Assembly: GCA_964016885.1 (NCBI GenBank)
Contig: OZ024743.1
Span: 127,348,001 to 127,412,000, forward strand
Source: Eledone cirrhosa
Taxonomy: Eukaryota
DNA length: 64,000 bases
Direction: 5' to 3'
Below are positions 42,583 through 54,796 of the stretch, piece after piece (positions within the stretch are counted from its first letter, which is position 1; each line of letters starts with the position of its first letter). The position numbers were made by a program, and so were the translations under genes. The notes below the pieces were generated by a model. The model made no database searches. It saw nothing but the letters and a program-made list of their open reading frames with translations, and was not told the origin of the DNA.

Positions 42583-43870
42583 GAGGGGAGGATCAAAAAG
42601 TTTGCGGAATTTTTCAGAAAATATTCTATTTTTCAAAAAATATGATTTACCTTCAATTTATTTTTCTACATAGTTGCCATCCAGGTCAATACACTTCACA
42701 AGGCGATGCTTCCAGCTTCATAAGCCGTCTCTAGCCATGTGTTGGCAGTGTTTTTAGCTTCTTCAACACCACTAAAACGGGTTCCTTTTAGCATTTCTTT
42801 AAGTTTTGGAAAGAGGAAAAAGTCTAATGGGACTAAATCTGGACTATAAGGCGGGTGAGGAAGCACTTCCCATCGAAATTCTCAAAGAACTTCTTTTGCA
42901 ACCCGCGCAGAATGTGCTGGTGCATTGTCATAGTGAAACAAGATCCCACCATGAAGTTTCCCTTTTCGTTTCTTGACTAATGCCTCTTTCAGCTTCCTTA
43001 AAACATTTGCATAGTAAGCTCCTGTCACAGTTCTTTGACCTTCAAGATAATCTATTAGTATCACCCCATCTGAATCCCAGAAAATGGTGGCCATCACCTT
43101 TTGATCCGACTTTTGAGATTTGAACTTGATTGGCCCCGATGATCCACGTGGAAGCCACTGTTTTGACTGCTGTTTGGATTCAGGATCATACTGGTAGTTC
43201 CAGGTTTCATCTCCGGTGATGATTCTCGTCAGGAAATGCTCTTCATCAACTTCAATTTTGTTTAATATTGCCAAAGACAGATCACTTCGAAGAATCAGCT
43301 GATCTGGGCGCAACACTTTTGGGACCCATCGCGCTGAAAGCTTGCTTAGTCCCAAATTATCGTGCAGAATTGAATTTGCCGAACCATATGAAATGTCTAG
43401 GGACTTAGCTAACTGATTAACTGTTATTCTTCGATCTTCTTCAATTAAAGTCTGAGCAGCCTCAACTTTTTGGTCATTTTTTGATGTTCCTGGTCTTCCA
43501 CTGCGATGGTCGTCTTCAAGGTCGTCTTTCCCTTGTTTGAATCGCTGAATCCACTTGTAGACAGCAGTTTTCTTTGGAGCAGTAGTACTGTAAACTTTAA
43601 CTAAAGCCTCCATAATCTGTGTCCCTTTCCATTTGAGTTTCACCAGAAACTTGATATTCGATCTTATCTCAAAATAACTATTTTCCATTGTTCCAAAAAG
43701 AGGTTTTTTAAAGAGTGTCAGTACTGTACAATAGTCCACGTATAACTGACTGCAAGGGACTAATAACAAGATAAACACCCAGTGACAATGTTCTGACATG
43801 TTTAATATTGTTTTAACCTGATTTTTTTCTTGCTACGATAAAATTCCGCAAACTTTTTGATCCCCCCTCG
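42582..43870 (-). mobile_element. Mariner (DD34D) transposon, near full length, inactive
   Basis: ~31 bp TIRs CGAGGGG.GGATCAAAAAGTTTGCGGAATTTT; TA on both sides; transposase motifs WVPKVL, TGDETW, HYDNA, YSPDL. Confidence 0.95.
42658..43688 (-). pseudogene. Mariner transposase with a premature stop at ~42882 and a C-terminal deletion
   Basis: ATG at 43688; the frame continues past the TGA as EFRWEVLPHPPYSPDLVPLDFFLF. Confidence 0.9.
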
Positions 43871-44119
43871 TACACATAGATATAGACAAAAAGTGGAAGT
43901 ATACAATCAAATCTCAAAGGAGAGTAGAAACAGATATATAGGTTGTAATTGCCAGCCACGGACTGAAGCAATTGCTCAATGTTTATCTCATATGAAAGAA
44001 GCGTAAAGAGAAGAGTTTGGTTAGAGCTTGGAAAACGTTAGGGATGCATTTAGGAAATAAGCAGAGCATGTATATTCAAAAGTATTTGAAGAAAATCAAC
44101 CAACTTTCATTAAAAATTG

Positions 44120-44515
44120 TTTAACGTTTATCTTCCATGCTAGCATGGGTTAGACGGGTTTGTCTCACTTGGGGCAATTTGGGTCGGGTGACCGTGTCTC
44201 ATTCATATGTGACTGTTTCTGGCTGGTTGTTTACGGCTGGATGCCCTTCCTAACGCCAACCACATTTACAGTGTGTGATCGGTGCTTTTCACCTTGTCTC
44301 CTACACAACCACTTTACAGTGTGGGCTGGGTACTTTTTGTCGTGACACCTACATAACTACTTTACAGTGTGGGCTGGATGCTTTTTTGTCGTGACACCTA
44401 CACGACTACTTTACAGTGCGGGCTGGATGCTTTTTTGTCGTGACACCTACACGACTACTTTACAGTGTGGGCTGGGTGCTTTTTGTTGCGACACATGACT
44501 ATTTTACAGTGTGGG
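44120..44515 (-). mobile_element. RTE 3' UTR with a ~48-49 bp unit amplified about 5-6 times
   Basis: TTTACAGTG starts at 44265, 44313, 44361, 44410 and 44459. Confidence 0.85.
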
Positions 44516-45589
44516 ATTGTGAAATGAATTTGTACAATGGGCAAAACCATAATGTTTTATGTGACTGTTTATTGAAATAAGTTCATTCCACCCTGATGAA
44601 AGTGTTTTGTTTATGGATTTGCCCATTGTACAAATGGACAAATTTAATTCAGATGTTTATGGTATCTTTACTTGTAGAAAGACTTTGGTGAAAATTTGCA
44701 GTATTATTGTAAGGACATGATATAGCTATAGTGCTGCTTTGTACGTCTTCTTGGTGTGGTTTTATACAGTGTAGAACATTAAGAGTTAAACATGCGGGTT
44801 GAGGGTCTCAGTAGGGAAGGGTCTCAGTAGGGAAGTGACAGTGAACTGACTAGAAAAGATAAAGATTTATCTCTTTACCCTCTGATCCACCAACATTTAG
44901 ATAACAGCACCAACATACCAAACATTTAGATAACAACATATCAAATAATTAGATAACTACATAGCAAATAATTTGCAATATTTCAAGCATCCAAACCAAC
45001 AAACAAACAAAATCCTGAGTTGTTCTACTCAGATTACTTAGACTTTATCAAAAGAACCTTTGTTATTGGTAAATACACACTTCTTTAAAATAATAAGCAG
45101 GAATAAAGAAACAAATGAAATAATGAAAAAAAAAGGTAAAGAGAAAGGGAGGGAGCAAACTTTACACCATTGGCCAGGTGGTATATCTCAGCTATTCACC
45201 ATGGAAAAGATTGTGAAACCATTACTGTATCAGCAATTCTACCTTATGGGGCTCCTTCATCAGGTGGAATATACTCCTACTGGTTTTATAGAGGAAAACA
45301 TCAGTCTGGTGATTAAGAAGACCAGAAATCTCAAAGGCGGCCAGCATGAAAAGGGAGCAGTTGGTCAAATCCTGATATTTGACCAATCTTCTGCTCTTCT
45401 GAATTATGGGTATCAGTGTCTAGGCTTGTGACCAAAGCAATAAAGTTACAGAATATTAGAATAGAAAATGAGAAAGCTTTTTCATTAAAATGGTAGAGGT
45501 TGTTGTCATACTTGGTCAGGTTCTTAATAGAAGACAAACTTAACTCTTTTACCCTTTTATTGATATTATTATTATTGCGAGACCCAAGG

Positions 45590-46085
45590 CAAACTCACAA
45601 GTGCTGATGCTATGATATAATACACCCAGTAGACCCTGTAAAATGGTAGTGCTGATGTCATGACAGAATACACCCAGTAAAATAGTAATGCTGATGCCAT
45701 GATAAAATACACCCTGTAAAATGGTTATACTGATACCTAGATAAAGTGTACCTAATACTCTCTGTAAAATTGTAGTGTTGGTGCCACAATGAAATGTTTC
45801 CTGTACATTCTGTAAAGCGATAGTAACTGAACTAGTACACTTTTGGGTTGAGAGGACCCATTAGTCTTACTGAGGACACAACAACCTCTCTAAGTTTGGT
45901 ACCATGATAAAATGCATCCAGTACACTCTGTAAAAGGATTAGCATCAGAAAGGACATTCACATGTAGAAACAATATAAAAATTGTAACATTTAATTAGAG
46001 ATGATCCTCCAACACATCTTGTTTTAAACTATGATGATCTATTCAACCCAAACCAGCATGGAAGGTGGATATAAAATGATAATGA
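45590..46085 (+). repeat. Degenerate minisatellite of the RTE 3' UTR unit, ending in an RTE tail
   Basis: GTGCTGATGCCATGATAAAATACACC..CTGTAAA units, then CAGCATGGAAGGTGGAT..ATGATAATGA. Confidence 0.65.
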
Positions 46086-46309
46086 GATATGTGTGTGCAT
46101 ACACTTATAATATGTACTCTCTCTTTCTCTTTTTCTTTTTCCTGCAACACTTGAGGGAGTCGTAGGGGTGCCATATTGGCATACAGCATTCTTGGGCATT
46201 TTTAAATCTGGCGGAGCCCATCTCCTCTCCAGGTCTGAATACAGAAAATTTCTTCCAGAGAAGGATAGGGAAGGAGAGAATGGAAGTGAGAAAAAGATAT
46301 AGAGGAAGA

Positions 46310-46470
46310 ATTGATCCTAGTACTTGACTGGTACTTTTTTTATCAACCTCAAATGGATAAAAGGCAAAGTTGACCTCAGCGCGATTTGAACTGAGAGAGC
46401 AGAGAACTGAAATGAATATCACGAAGCATTCTATCTGACATTCTAATGATTCTACCAATTCACCACCTTG
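46310..46470 (-). mobile_element. Older Meta-domain-like SINE copy
   Basis: CTGGTACTT..GGATAAAAGGCAAAGTTGACCTC..GATTTGAACT. Confidence 0.75.
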
Positions 46471-48159
46471 TAATACGTACTAAGCTTGGTTTAATTAACT
46501 AACCCCTCCAAACTAATTTCTGGCTTTGTGCCTTTGTTGCAATCAACCTCTACTACCACCACTGCCATTCTCACGACCACCAGTGCCTCCTCCACCAACA
46601 CCATCATGATCAGGCCAAGTAAATGGTAGAATAATTAGAGTGGCAAAGTCAAAACTTAGACACAATTATTGGTTGGTCAACCTCTCTGATATTACACAAC
46701 CATTTAGTAGATGAGATTGGGAATTCACAACATTTTAGTGTACGGTATCAGGGTTACACAATCATTCAACTGAAAAAAGCGATAGATTTGGCTGAATTCT
46801 TAGAATCTTGGATATTTTTTCAGTATTGCTTACCAAACAAAGAATTAGGAGGACCCTCCGGTTGTGTCAAAGACATTAGTACTGACTCGGTCTGTGAAGA
46901 CCCATCCAGCCATTGCTAACAGGGAAAGTGGATGTTAAATGATGATATATATATCATGATCAATATATATCATCATCATTTAACATTTACCTTATGTGTG
47001 TCTGTGTGCATGCAACATGCAGTAAATGCTGAGGATATGTCCAAAATGCTACACATTTGCAAGCACACTTTTATTATGTTTCTTTGTAATCATAATCCAC
47101 ACATTCCTGATGATTTTATAGGAACAAAATAGTTTTAGTTTCTATATAATGAATATGCTTATTCTCAACTTATTTAACTGTCATTGTTACCCCCAATGCC
47201 TTTGTGAATACTATCTTTAATTGTATATGTGTGTGCATGTTTCTTTATTATCAATATTGTCCTCTATTAGTGACCTAATTAATAATTCAGCATTTATAGT
47301 TCTTTCCTTAACTTTCCTATACAGTCAGATCCACCCTTCTTTACCCCTTCCCCTTTTTTACATTTCTTAATTTTGTTTTTATACTGTTTTAATATTTTCA
47401 TCCTTATATAACTTTTGTTCAATAAATTCCTCCAACTTAGCCTAAGTGAGGAAGGAGCTCCACGACATTGAGTGACTGTTGCAGCAGGTGTTGCTGGCCA
47501 TTGTCTGAGGAAATACCTTTACAGTTTTTTCCATGGGATGCAGTCAAAACACCTATAATGGTTCCTATTATACCATGTTAGATGCTGGGATGAAATGGGA
47601 TTGTGTTGTGGTGTTGATTCGGTTGTTGTGTGTACTCACTTGGATTGGTTGTGAAGAGCATAGGCGAAAGAAGATTGGTGTGCCTGATACAGTGTGACCA
47701 GAGAATGCGGGTGTGAGAGTAAATGAGTAAGTGTTCATTATGATAATGATGATGAATCCTTGGGTAAGTGATTTACCCTGATTACATAGGAAATTAAATA
47801 TATCAACCACAATAACACAAAGCCGCTATGTTACTAATTTATTGAATATTTCTTTTGTCGAAGTTATCCGACAATACATGAAGAACAAATAACCAGAGTT
47901 GAATTGTTATGATGTGTATGCATGTTTGCTTGCAAAAGAATTATTTAAAATGTTTTTACCAAACTTCTGTTAATGCAGAGAGAAAGAAAAACTGAACATC
48001 TATATGCTACAAGGTTAGCATGTGGTCACACTGACCTACTTTGCCAATATCCCTCTTTCCTTCCTTTTTTTCTCATGGCATTTATAGTCCTCTCCTTTAC
48101 TTTAATATACAGCCAGTTCTGACCTTCTTTACTCCTTCCCCCTATTTTTCATTACTTAA

Positions 48160-48379
48160 CCCTTTAGTATCTACATTACCCTATATATACTATTGTATTT
48201 TCACAGTAAAGGCTTTATCTTCCATAATATCACAAACAATATTGAATCTATGAGATTTTGATATTATGTAGTTTGAGAACAATGCCTTAACATCAGTATG
48301 AGTGGCTAGTTACAGCTGGTTTGAACTGAAAGAGGTGAGAGAATTCTGGCCATATACAGCCGGTTTAATTGCTAAAGGG
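48160..48379. mobile_element. piggyBac-type MITE
   Basis: TTAA-CCCTTTAG ... CTAAAGGG-TTAA. Confidence 0.7.
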
Positions 48380-48773
48380 TTAATTTGTTTTTTTATCTTT
48401 TTTTTTTATATTTTCCATCATTGTATAACCTTTGTTTGTAAAATAAAGTAGATCTACAATGCTAAATTAATCAGAATAAGCAGAAAGAAAGCAATAAAGA
48501 GAGCAGGAATATATTGTTCATATTGGAATTGGAAGGCTGGTAAATAGCTATATGACAGAAATAAGAAACTTATCCAACTGCTTTTGTTATACTTACTATA
48601 AATGAGATATTTCAGTCTGAGTTTTTAATAAAAGGCATTGGAAAATCACACACACATATCTACACATACATCAACATACACTCCTACATACACACAGACC
48701 TACACCCACACACACCTACACCCACACAACATACATACACATACACGCACACCACACACATACATACATACAT

Positions 48774-49504
48774 GATGGCTGTAAACTCTGCTAAGAGTAC
48801 TGCAATTGCTTGTCAGGTTATAGAGTTTGGTGCACTTATAGGCTACGGCCAGTCACACAAACCTGTAACAGATCCTGAACTAGCAATGCCTGTAGTTTGA
48901 AGGTTTTTTAAGTGAAGAAAGGCCTTGTACTCGACCAATCCCACTCTCTGAGCATCGAAAACACTACCCGAAAAAGAGAACTGGTCAACATCATCGGATG
49001 CTTCCGAAGCCGCAGGTTTTTTTCAGAGTTTTCCTCTCTTAGAAAGGTGTTGTGACAACAGGGGGCCTTTCACTCCCAGGTTTAAAAAAAAAAACGTACT
49101 ATTTGGATGGCCGTTGACTCTGCTGAGTTCCTTCGCCCTTTGCCGGCTCTTGTATTTCATTTTGCAGGGTGTCCAAATATCACCAGTTTAGTTGCCGACT
49201 ACCTGACCATGAGACACGTTGTACTCGGTTACATGTTACCAGTAGTACTCGAGAGTAACCAGACACATACATGATGGCTGCAAACTCGTGTTCGAGCATT
49301 GCCATCGCCTGATAAAATGCTCAAAAATGTGAGGCACGAATGTGGCTCTTTAAACCAGCCAAAGACTTGCACCTTCTGGCACATATATGACAACTGTAGG
49401 CTCCCCCGGGACTTTCCATTGCTTTGTTCTCATGTGGTTTTTGAGATCTCCCATACTAACACATTCCTTGCACCTTTTCAGTAGCACCCGAGAGCGACCT
49501 GACA
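48774..49504. mobile_element. Two tandem non-coding elements (48774-49265 and 49273-49504) with shared termini, each flanked by CATAC
   Basis: Both start GATGGCTGYAAACTC and end CAGTAGYACYCGAGAGYRACCWGACA; interiors differ. Confidence 0.75.
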
Positions 49505-49522
49505 CATACATGCATAAACCCC

Positions 49523-51352
49523 TGTCATTAAACCCCTTGTCCTTTCTGCTCAAGAAATGTGAAGGATACATCATGGGCTCACAGGAGGACAGAAATACAA
49601 ACCTAACCCATAATTTCTTTGTGGATGACCTGAAACTCTATACCAAGAACATAGATTGGATGAAGAAAAATCTTGACCTGGTTACAATATTCTCAAAGGA
49701 TATAGATAAATGCTCATATATGACTGTAAAGCAGAGAAAAACAACAACCCAATCTAGCAACATTGTCATCAATGGACTAACTGTTTCACCGATATCTGAT
49801 GATGACCGTTACAGATACCTGGGGATAGATGAGAACACATCCTATAATGGTATCTGTAATAAAGAATGCGTAACCAGGGAATACTACACCCGATTAAGAA
49901 AAATATGGTCATCGGAACTCTCTGCGTACAATAAAACAGTGTGTTTGCTGTGCCTGTCCTAACACCAATGTTTGGAATACTCATTTGGACGATAGATGAA
50001 ATCCAAGCAGTTGATGTTAGAACTCGAAAAATACTAAACACGGAAACTTCCACATCAACAATGACATAGACCGCCTTTACTTGAAACATAAACAGGGAGG
50101 CAGAGGCTTAACATCAGTCCAGACAGCAATTGAATGTCGCATCATATCCCTCCGACAACATCTACGAACCTCAAAGCATAGGAGTCTGTCTCTCGAGCAA
50201 GTCTATCTGCATGAAACAGATAAGATCATGGGAGTTGGGAAGGAACTCCTCGAAAGATATCCAAAAACTCTCACCCTGGGAAGTCGCTCAGCAGTTCCGC
50301 AGTGAATCCATGGATGAAAAACTACATGCTTGTCAGCAAAAAATATGCATGGATATGTTACCAGAAAGCTCCAGAGTGAGAGTAATATAGATAAAGAAAG
50401 TAGTCTACCTTGGACCAACAACCGCTATATTGGCTCCCACTTTGAAGGATACGCTTTTGTAATCCAAGAACAGGAAATCAACACGAAATACCTGATTCAC
50501 AAAAGAGATAGGGATGCAGCCAAAACACCTAGATGTGATATCAAGTGCAGACACAGTGGAATTAACATCTAAGATGTCACCCATGTCATAAGCAGCTGTC
50601 CAAAGATGTCATTGCAATACTATCTACCTATGAGGCATGATGTAGTGGCCAAAACACTGTACAATGCAATCCATAGAAAAGATAGCCCCGATAATAAACA
50701 CATTAAAAGCTACAGCAATGTGGAAGACATACATATACATAATATGAAAGAGTACTGGTGGAATGTTCCAGTAAAAACCCCAATAAAATGCAGGCATAAC
50801 AGACCAGATATAATGTTATGGGACAGGGAAAAGAAGGCATGCACAATAGTGGAAATTAGCTGCCCAGCAGATGCCAATATAATATCAAAGATTAACGAAA
50901 AGGAGAATATTTATGCAGAACTAATGAGAAATCTGCAGATATTCCACCCTGATTATACCTTCAGATTTATACCTGTAATTATTGGAGTACTGGTATATGT
51001 TAGTAACTGCCTCAATACAAATCTTGAGGAGCTAGGCTTCAACAGAAAGAACACAACTAGTTCGGAAATTACAAGTACAATCCATTAATGGAACAGTAAA
51101 AATATGTAAAACATTCCAAAATGTTTGCATCTAATAACAGATACAAAGCGTATATACATGCACACATACAACTCAAAACATATACGTCCACACATACAAT
51201 AACATCCATATCTACACATGCATGCATGCAGACATGCATACATATCTACCTAGTTGATCTTGTGTAAATTCCAATGAGAGTCTTGTAACTTTGTTAGAAA
51301 CCAGCTCTCTCTCTATTGGCAAACATTTGTGAAATTATAAAACCAGAAGAAC
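49523..51352 (+). mobile_element. R4/Dong-like element, 5'-truncated and degraded
   Basis: FVDDLK, GGRGL, KCR..THVISSC, RHDVVA, HNRPDIMLWD; ends AGAAGAAC-(ATAC)n. Confidence 0.92.
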
Positions 51353-51497
51353 ATACGTACATACATACATAACGTCTTGCTTTCTGCTTCTCTCTTTGCT
51401 ATGTGTACTTGATGACTAGCTTCTCCTGTTATTCCACTCCAATATCCCTTTTGTCATTTTGAGTCACACAGTTTTAGTAGCAATAGGTATATATTCA

Positions 51498-51634
51498 TAA
51501 TTGTTTCTACTTTTGGCACAAGGCCAGCAATTATCCAGTACATTACTAGTACTTTATTTTATCGACCCCGTAAGGATGAAAGGCAAAGTTAACCTCGGCG
51601 GGATTTGAACTCAGACTGTAAAGGGACGTAACTG
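51498..51634 (-). mobile_element. Meta-domain-like SINE lacking its 5' head
   Basis: Paralogue of 8484-8615. Confidence 0.85.
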
Positions 51635-51639
51635 TGCTA

Positions 51640-52444
51640 GTGCTGCCTACACGTGCCGAAACAAGGTTAAGTTGAAAAAAAGAAAAATTTCTATTGCGCG
51701 AGAAAATGGTGCGAAAATGATAGTGCAACAGGTCGTTGGCAGCCATTTTGAAAAATGTGTGTGTGAACGTGACAATATGATGAAAAAGAAAGAAAGGCTT
51801 CACTTAGTATAACAAATATGGCGAGTTCAATTTTTTTGTGAACGATGAAAAAATAAACTTGGTGGAAAGAATAAGCAATAGTTGAGATTCAGCAAAAATA
51901 AATGTTCATGTTGAAAAAGAGTCTGTATGAACTAGAATTTCACATGTGCGTGTGTTCGTTTCTGTGTCTGCGAATTTTTCCTAGTTTGTTAATAAAATTT
52001 GCTGCGTATTCGAAATGTTGGTCGACACATTCCAAAGAAAATGGGGTACTGCTAATTAATTTTTTTATATGTATTCACACAACACCAGATCTATCATTTT
52101 TTTCTTTTTTCGGGGTCACCACTTATAACAATATTTGTTACCATTCTGTTGTTAGCTCGCAAGAGACCATGTTAGGGTTGCCAGTCGAACGCGCCTGGCC
52201 GCAGGGCCAGGCAGGTTAGAAGGCCAGGAGCCGAAAGGCAAATGAGAGGTAGAGATCGCTCTGAGTATCCCTTTTATAGGGTCTCAAGACGGAAGTGACA
52301 AAAAGGGTTCTGCCACCCCAACGGGAAGTAACTCCAGCTACTTCCTGTCTAGAGAGCGTTAATCTATTTATATATTCATAATGAAAAATCTCTCTTGACT
52401 TTTGCTTATGCAATATTAACCGAAATGATCTATAAACGGTTACA
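51640..52444 (-). mobile_element. LTR retrotransposon 5' remnant: LTR (52444-52124), tRNA-Trp PBS (52121-52110) and leader
   Basis: Minus strand TGTAAC...TATAAAAG...GTTATA-AG-TGGTGACCCCGA; the PBS is complementary to the tRNA-Trp 3' end (..UCGGGGUCACCA). Confidence 0.7.
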
Positions 52445-52521
52445 AATTTGGTTAAAAAGTATATGCTCAGAAGCAAACTTCATGTTCTGATCTCCATCTC
52501 CTTATGTACCTATCTATCTAT

Positions 52522-52910
52522 CTATTTGACTCTAAACTTGTCTGTCTACCGAGTACTTTAGAAGGAGAATCAGAGTGGTGAGAGAGGCACTGCACCCCAG
52601 TAAATAAGGTGGGTGAATGTAGCAAAAATGGTCTGAGTGATTGGGCCTTCTCTGTATATAAACTTGTGGGTTGAAGATGAGAGAAAAAGGAAGAAAGGAA
52701 CACTTGCACAACATGCCCCTGGAGTTGAGGGTTGTTCTATCGATGGGGTATTAAACAACCCATTTGTAACGCCTCCCCTCTATTGGGGATTTCGATTGTT
52801 AAATTTGCTTGTTTTAATAATATTTTTACACGACGATTGTATGTAAAATCCCCGGCATGTGTCTTTGTATTGTCCCCTTTTCTTGTGTGCCCTTGTGGTA
52901 AATAAAGAAA
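52522..52910 (+). mobile_element. Tx1/L1-like 3' end
   Basis: Degenerate RRRIRVVREAL..RWVNVAKMV C-terminus; 3' end TTGTCCCCTTTT..TGTGGTAAATAAAGAAAT shared with the 4287-4390 insert; TATC runs on both flanks. Confidence 0.55.
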
Positions 52911-53575
52911 TGTATCTATATCTATACTTGTCTGTATCTAACTATTATTATACCTTCCTCTCTATCTATCTCTATACCTATCTATATCCTTACCTAGCTA
53001 TCTATCAGCGTTTGCTTCAATATAAGTACTGACTTGGTCTGTGACAACCCATCTAAATTTTGCTAGCAGAAGAAATAGATATTAAATGGTGGTGATAATG
53101 ATGAAAGTATTTCTGTAATTTATTCTGTTCAGATATTGATAGCATGATCCCTAACATCATTGCAGCATATTGAGTTTAGGGTTAGGATTTAAGCTTTATG
53201 GTTTAGAGTTTACAGTTAGGGTTAAACAGAGTCAGAGTAATTGAAAAAAAATGAAAGTATGAACTTTCTTCCCAGCCAACATCAAGTATATATACACACA
53301 GATATATATCTATCTTTGATGCGAGCAGTCATACATATGGTGTGGGAGACTATTCACAAAATTTAAGGTGAATACTATCTCCAACAGTAATGTCACATTT
53401 ACCAGCCTTGTTAAATAACTGGACATTCTTCTGATGATATTCATTAAAGAAACATTTTATTCAAAACCATAGAGATATCTGTCTAAAAATTGGATTCACT
53501 TTACAAGGATTTGCTACAAACAACATAACTGGACACAGCAACATCAACAACACGAATGAAGAATCAAGTAAAACC

Positions 53576-53817
53576 AAGAAAGATAAACAGAATCTTTTTA
53601 GTTGTAGTTACAGAAGAAACCGAAAGAAAGATAAACAGAATCTTTTTAGTTGTAGTTACAGAAGAAACCGAAAGAAAGATAAACAGAATCTTTTTAGTTG
53701 TAGTTACAGAAGGAACCGAAAGAAAGATAAACAGAATCTTTTTAGTTGTAGTTACAGAAGGAACCGAAAGAAAGATAAACAGAATCTTTTTAGTTGTAAT
53801 TACAGAAGAAACCGAAA
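53576..53817. repeat. 48 bp tandem repeat, 5 copies
   Basis: AAGAAAGATAAACAGAATCTTTTTAGTTGTAGTTACAGAAGRAACCGA. Confidence 0.97.
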
Positions 53818-54044
53818 CTATAAATTGCATTTTTCTTGGAATTTTGAACTCAATAACAACCTATTTAATTGTTATAAAATGACAAAAAGACCCCTCCGTT
53901 GGCTATATAAACAAAATGAAGCTACACTTGGACAAACTTCACGCAAAGCGCTAAATTATTTCGCAGTCAAACAATTATACCAATATGCAGGGTTTGTTGA
54001 ACATAAAAATAACAAACATAAACATTAGTCAAAACAATAATTTA

Positions 54045-54796
54045 GTAGCTCCCAATGTGTGTGCTGTGCTTGTGCTGACACCAACATTTGAACTACTTGA
54101 CTGGATGTTAGATGAGATCCAAGCCATTGATGTTAATTAAAGCCCCAAATGTTCTAACTGGTACTGGAAATTTCCACATCAATAGTGATATAGACCTTCT
54201 GTACCTGAAATGTAAACAAGGAGGCAAAGGCTTAACATCAATCCAAATAGCATTTGAGTGTCACATCATATTCTTCCAACATATATGAGCCACCAAATGT
54301 AGAAGCCCATCTATAGAACAAGTCTGTCTACATAAGGCAGATAACATCATAAGAATTGGGAAGGAGTTCCTTGAGAAATACTCCCTGCATGGTAGCCAGA
54401 AACTCACACTCAAGGAAATTGCACAGCAACACCACAATGAAACCATGGAGGAAAAGCTGCTTGCTTATCAGCAAAAAATCATGCAAAGTTATGTTGCCAG
54501 AAAGCTTCAAAGTGAGAGTAATATACATAAGCAAAGCAATCTATCTTGCACCATCAACCAGTATATTGGCTCTCACTTTGAAGGATACACTGTTGCAATC
54601 CAAGAACAGGAAATAACAAAATATGCACAAAACAGATAGGGATGCAGGTAAAACACCTAGATGTGACAACAGATGCAGACATACATACATATTTACCTAG
54701 TTAATGCTGTCTAAATCCCAATGAAAGAGTTTCTATGTTAGAAACTGACTCTTTCTCTATTGATGAAAACATAGAAAATAATAAAACTAGAAGAAC
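54045..54796 (+). mobile_element. Old, internally deleted R4/Dong-like copy
   Basis: YQQKIM.SYVARKLQSESNI..GSHFEGY..IQEQEI; ends AGAAGAAC-(ATAC)n. Confidence 0.85.

Noticed and set aside
44529-44635. ~27 bp inverted repeat TTTGTACAATGGGCAAA
   Set aside because: Probably part of a decayed MITE; ends and TSD not definable, no ribozyme core
45060-45537. 123 aa ORF, or a Neptune-like pLTR (CCACCTGATGAAGGAGC on the minus strand)
   Set aside because: No recognisable protein motif and no downstream GAAA/stem to complete a ribozyme
46140-46260. Candidate minus-strand exon after a polypyrimidine tract
   Set aside because: No donor site or recognisable peptide
52170-52180. AACCCTAAC on the minus strand as a telomerase RNA template
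   Set aside because: No pseudoknot or H/ACA features seen; better explained as part of an LTR upstream of a PBS
53576-53817. CRISPR-like array (also 44265-44515)
   Set aside because: No unique spacers, eukaryotic context, no cas genes
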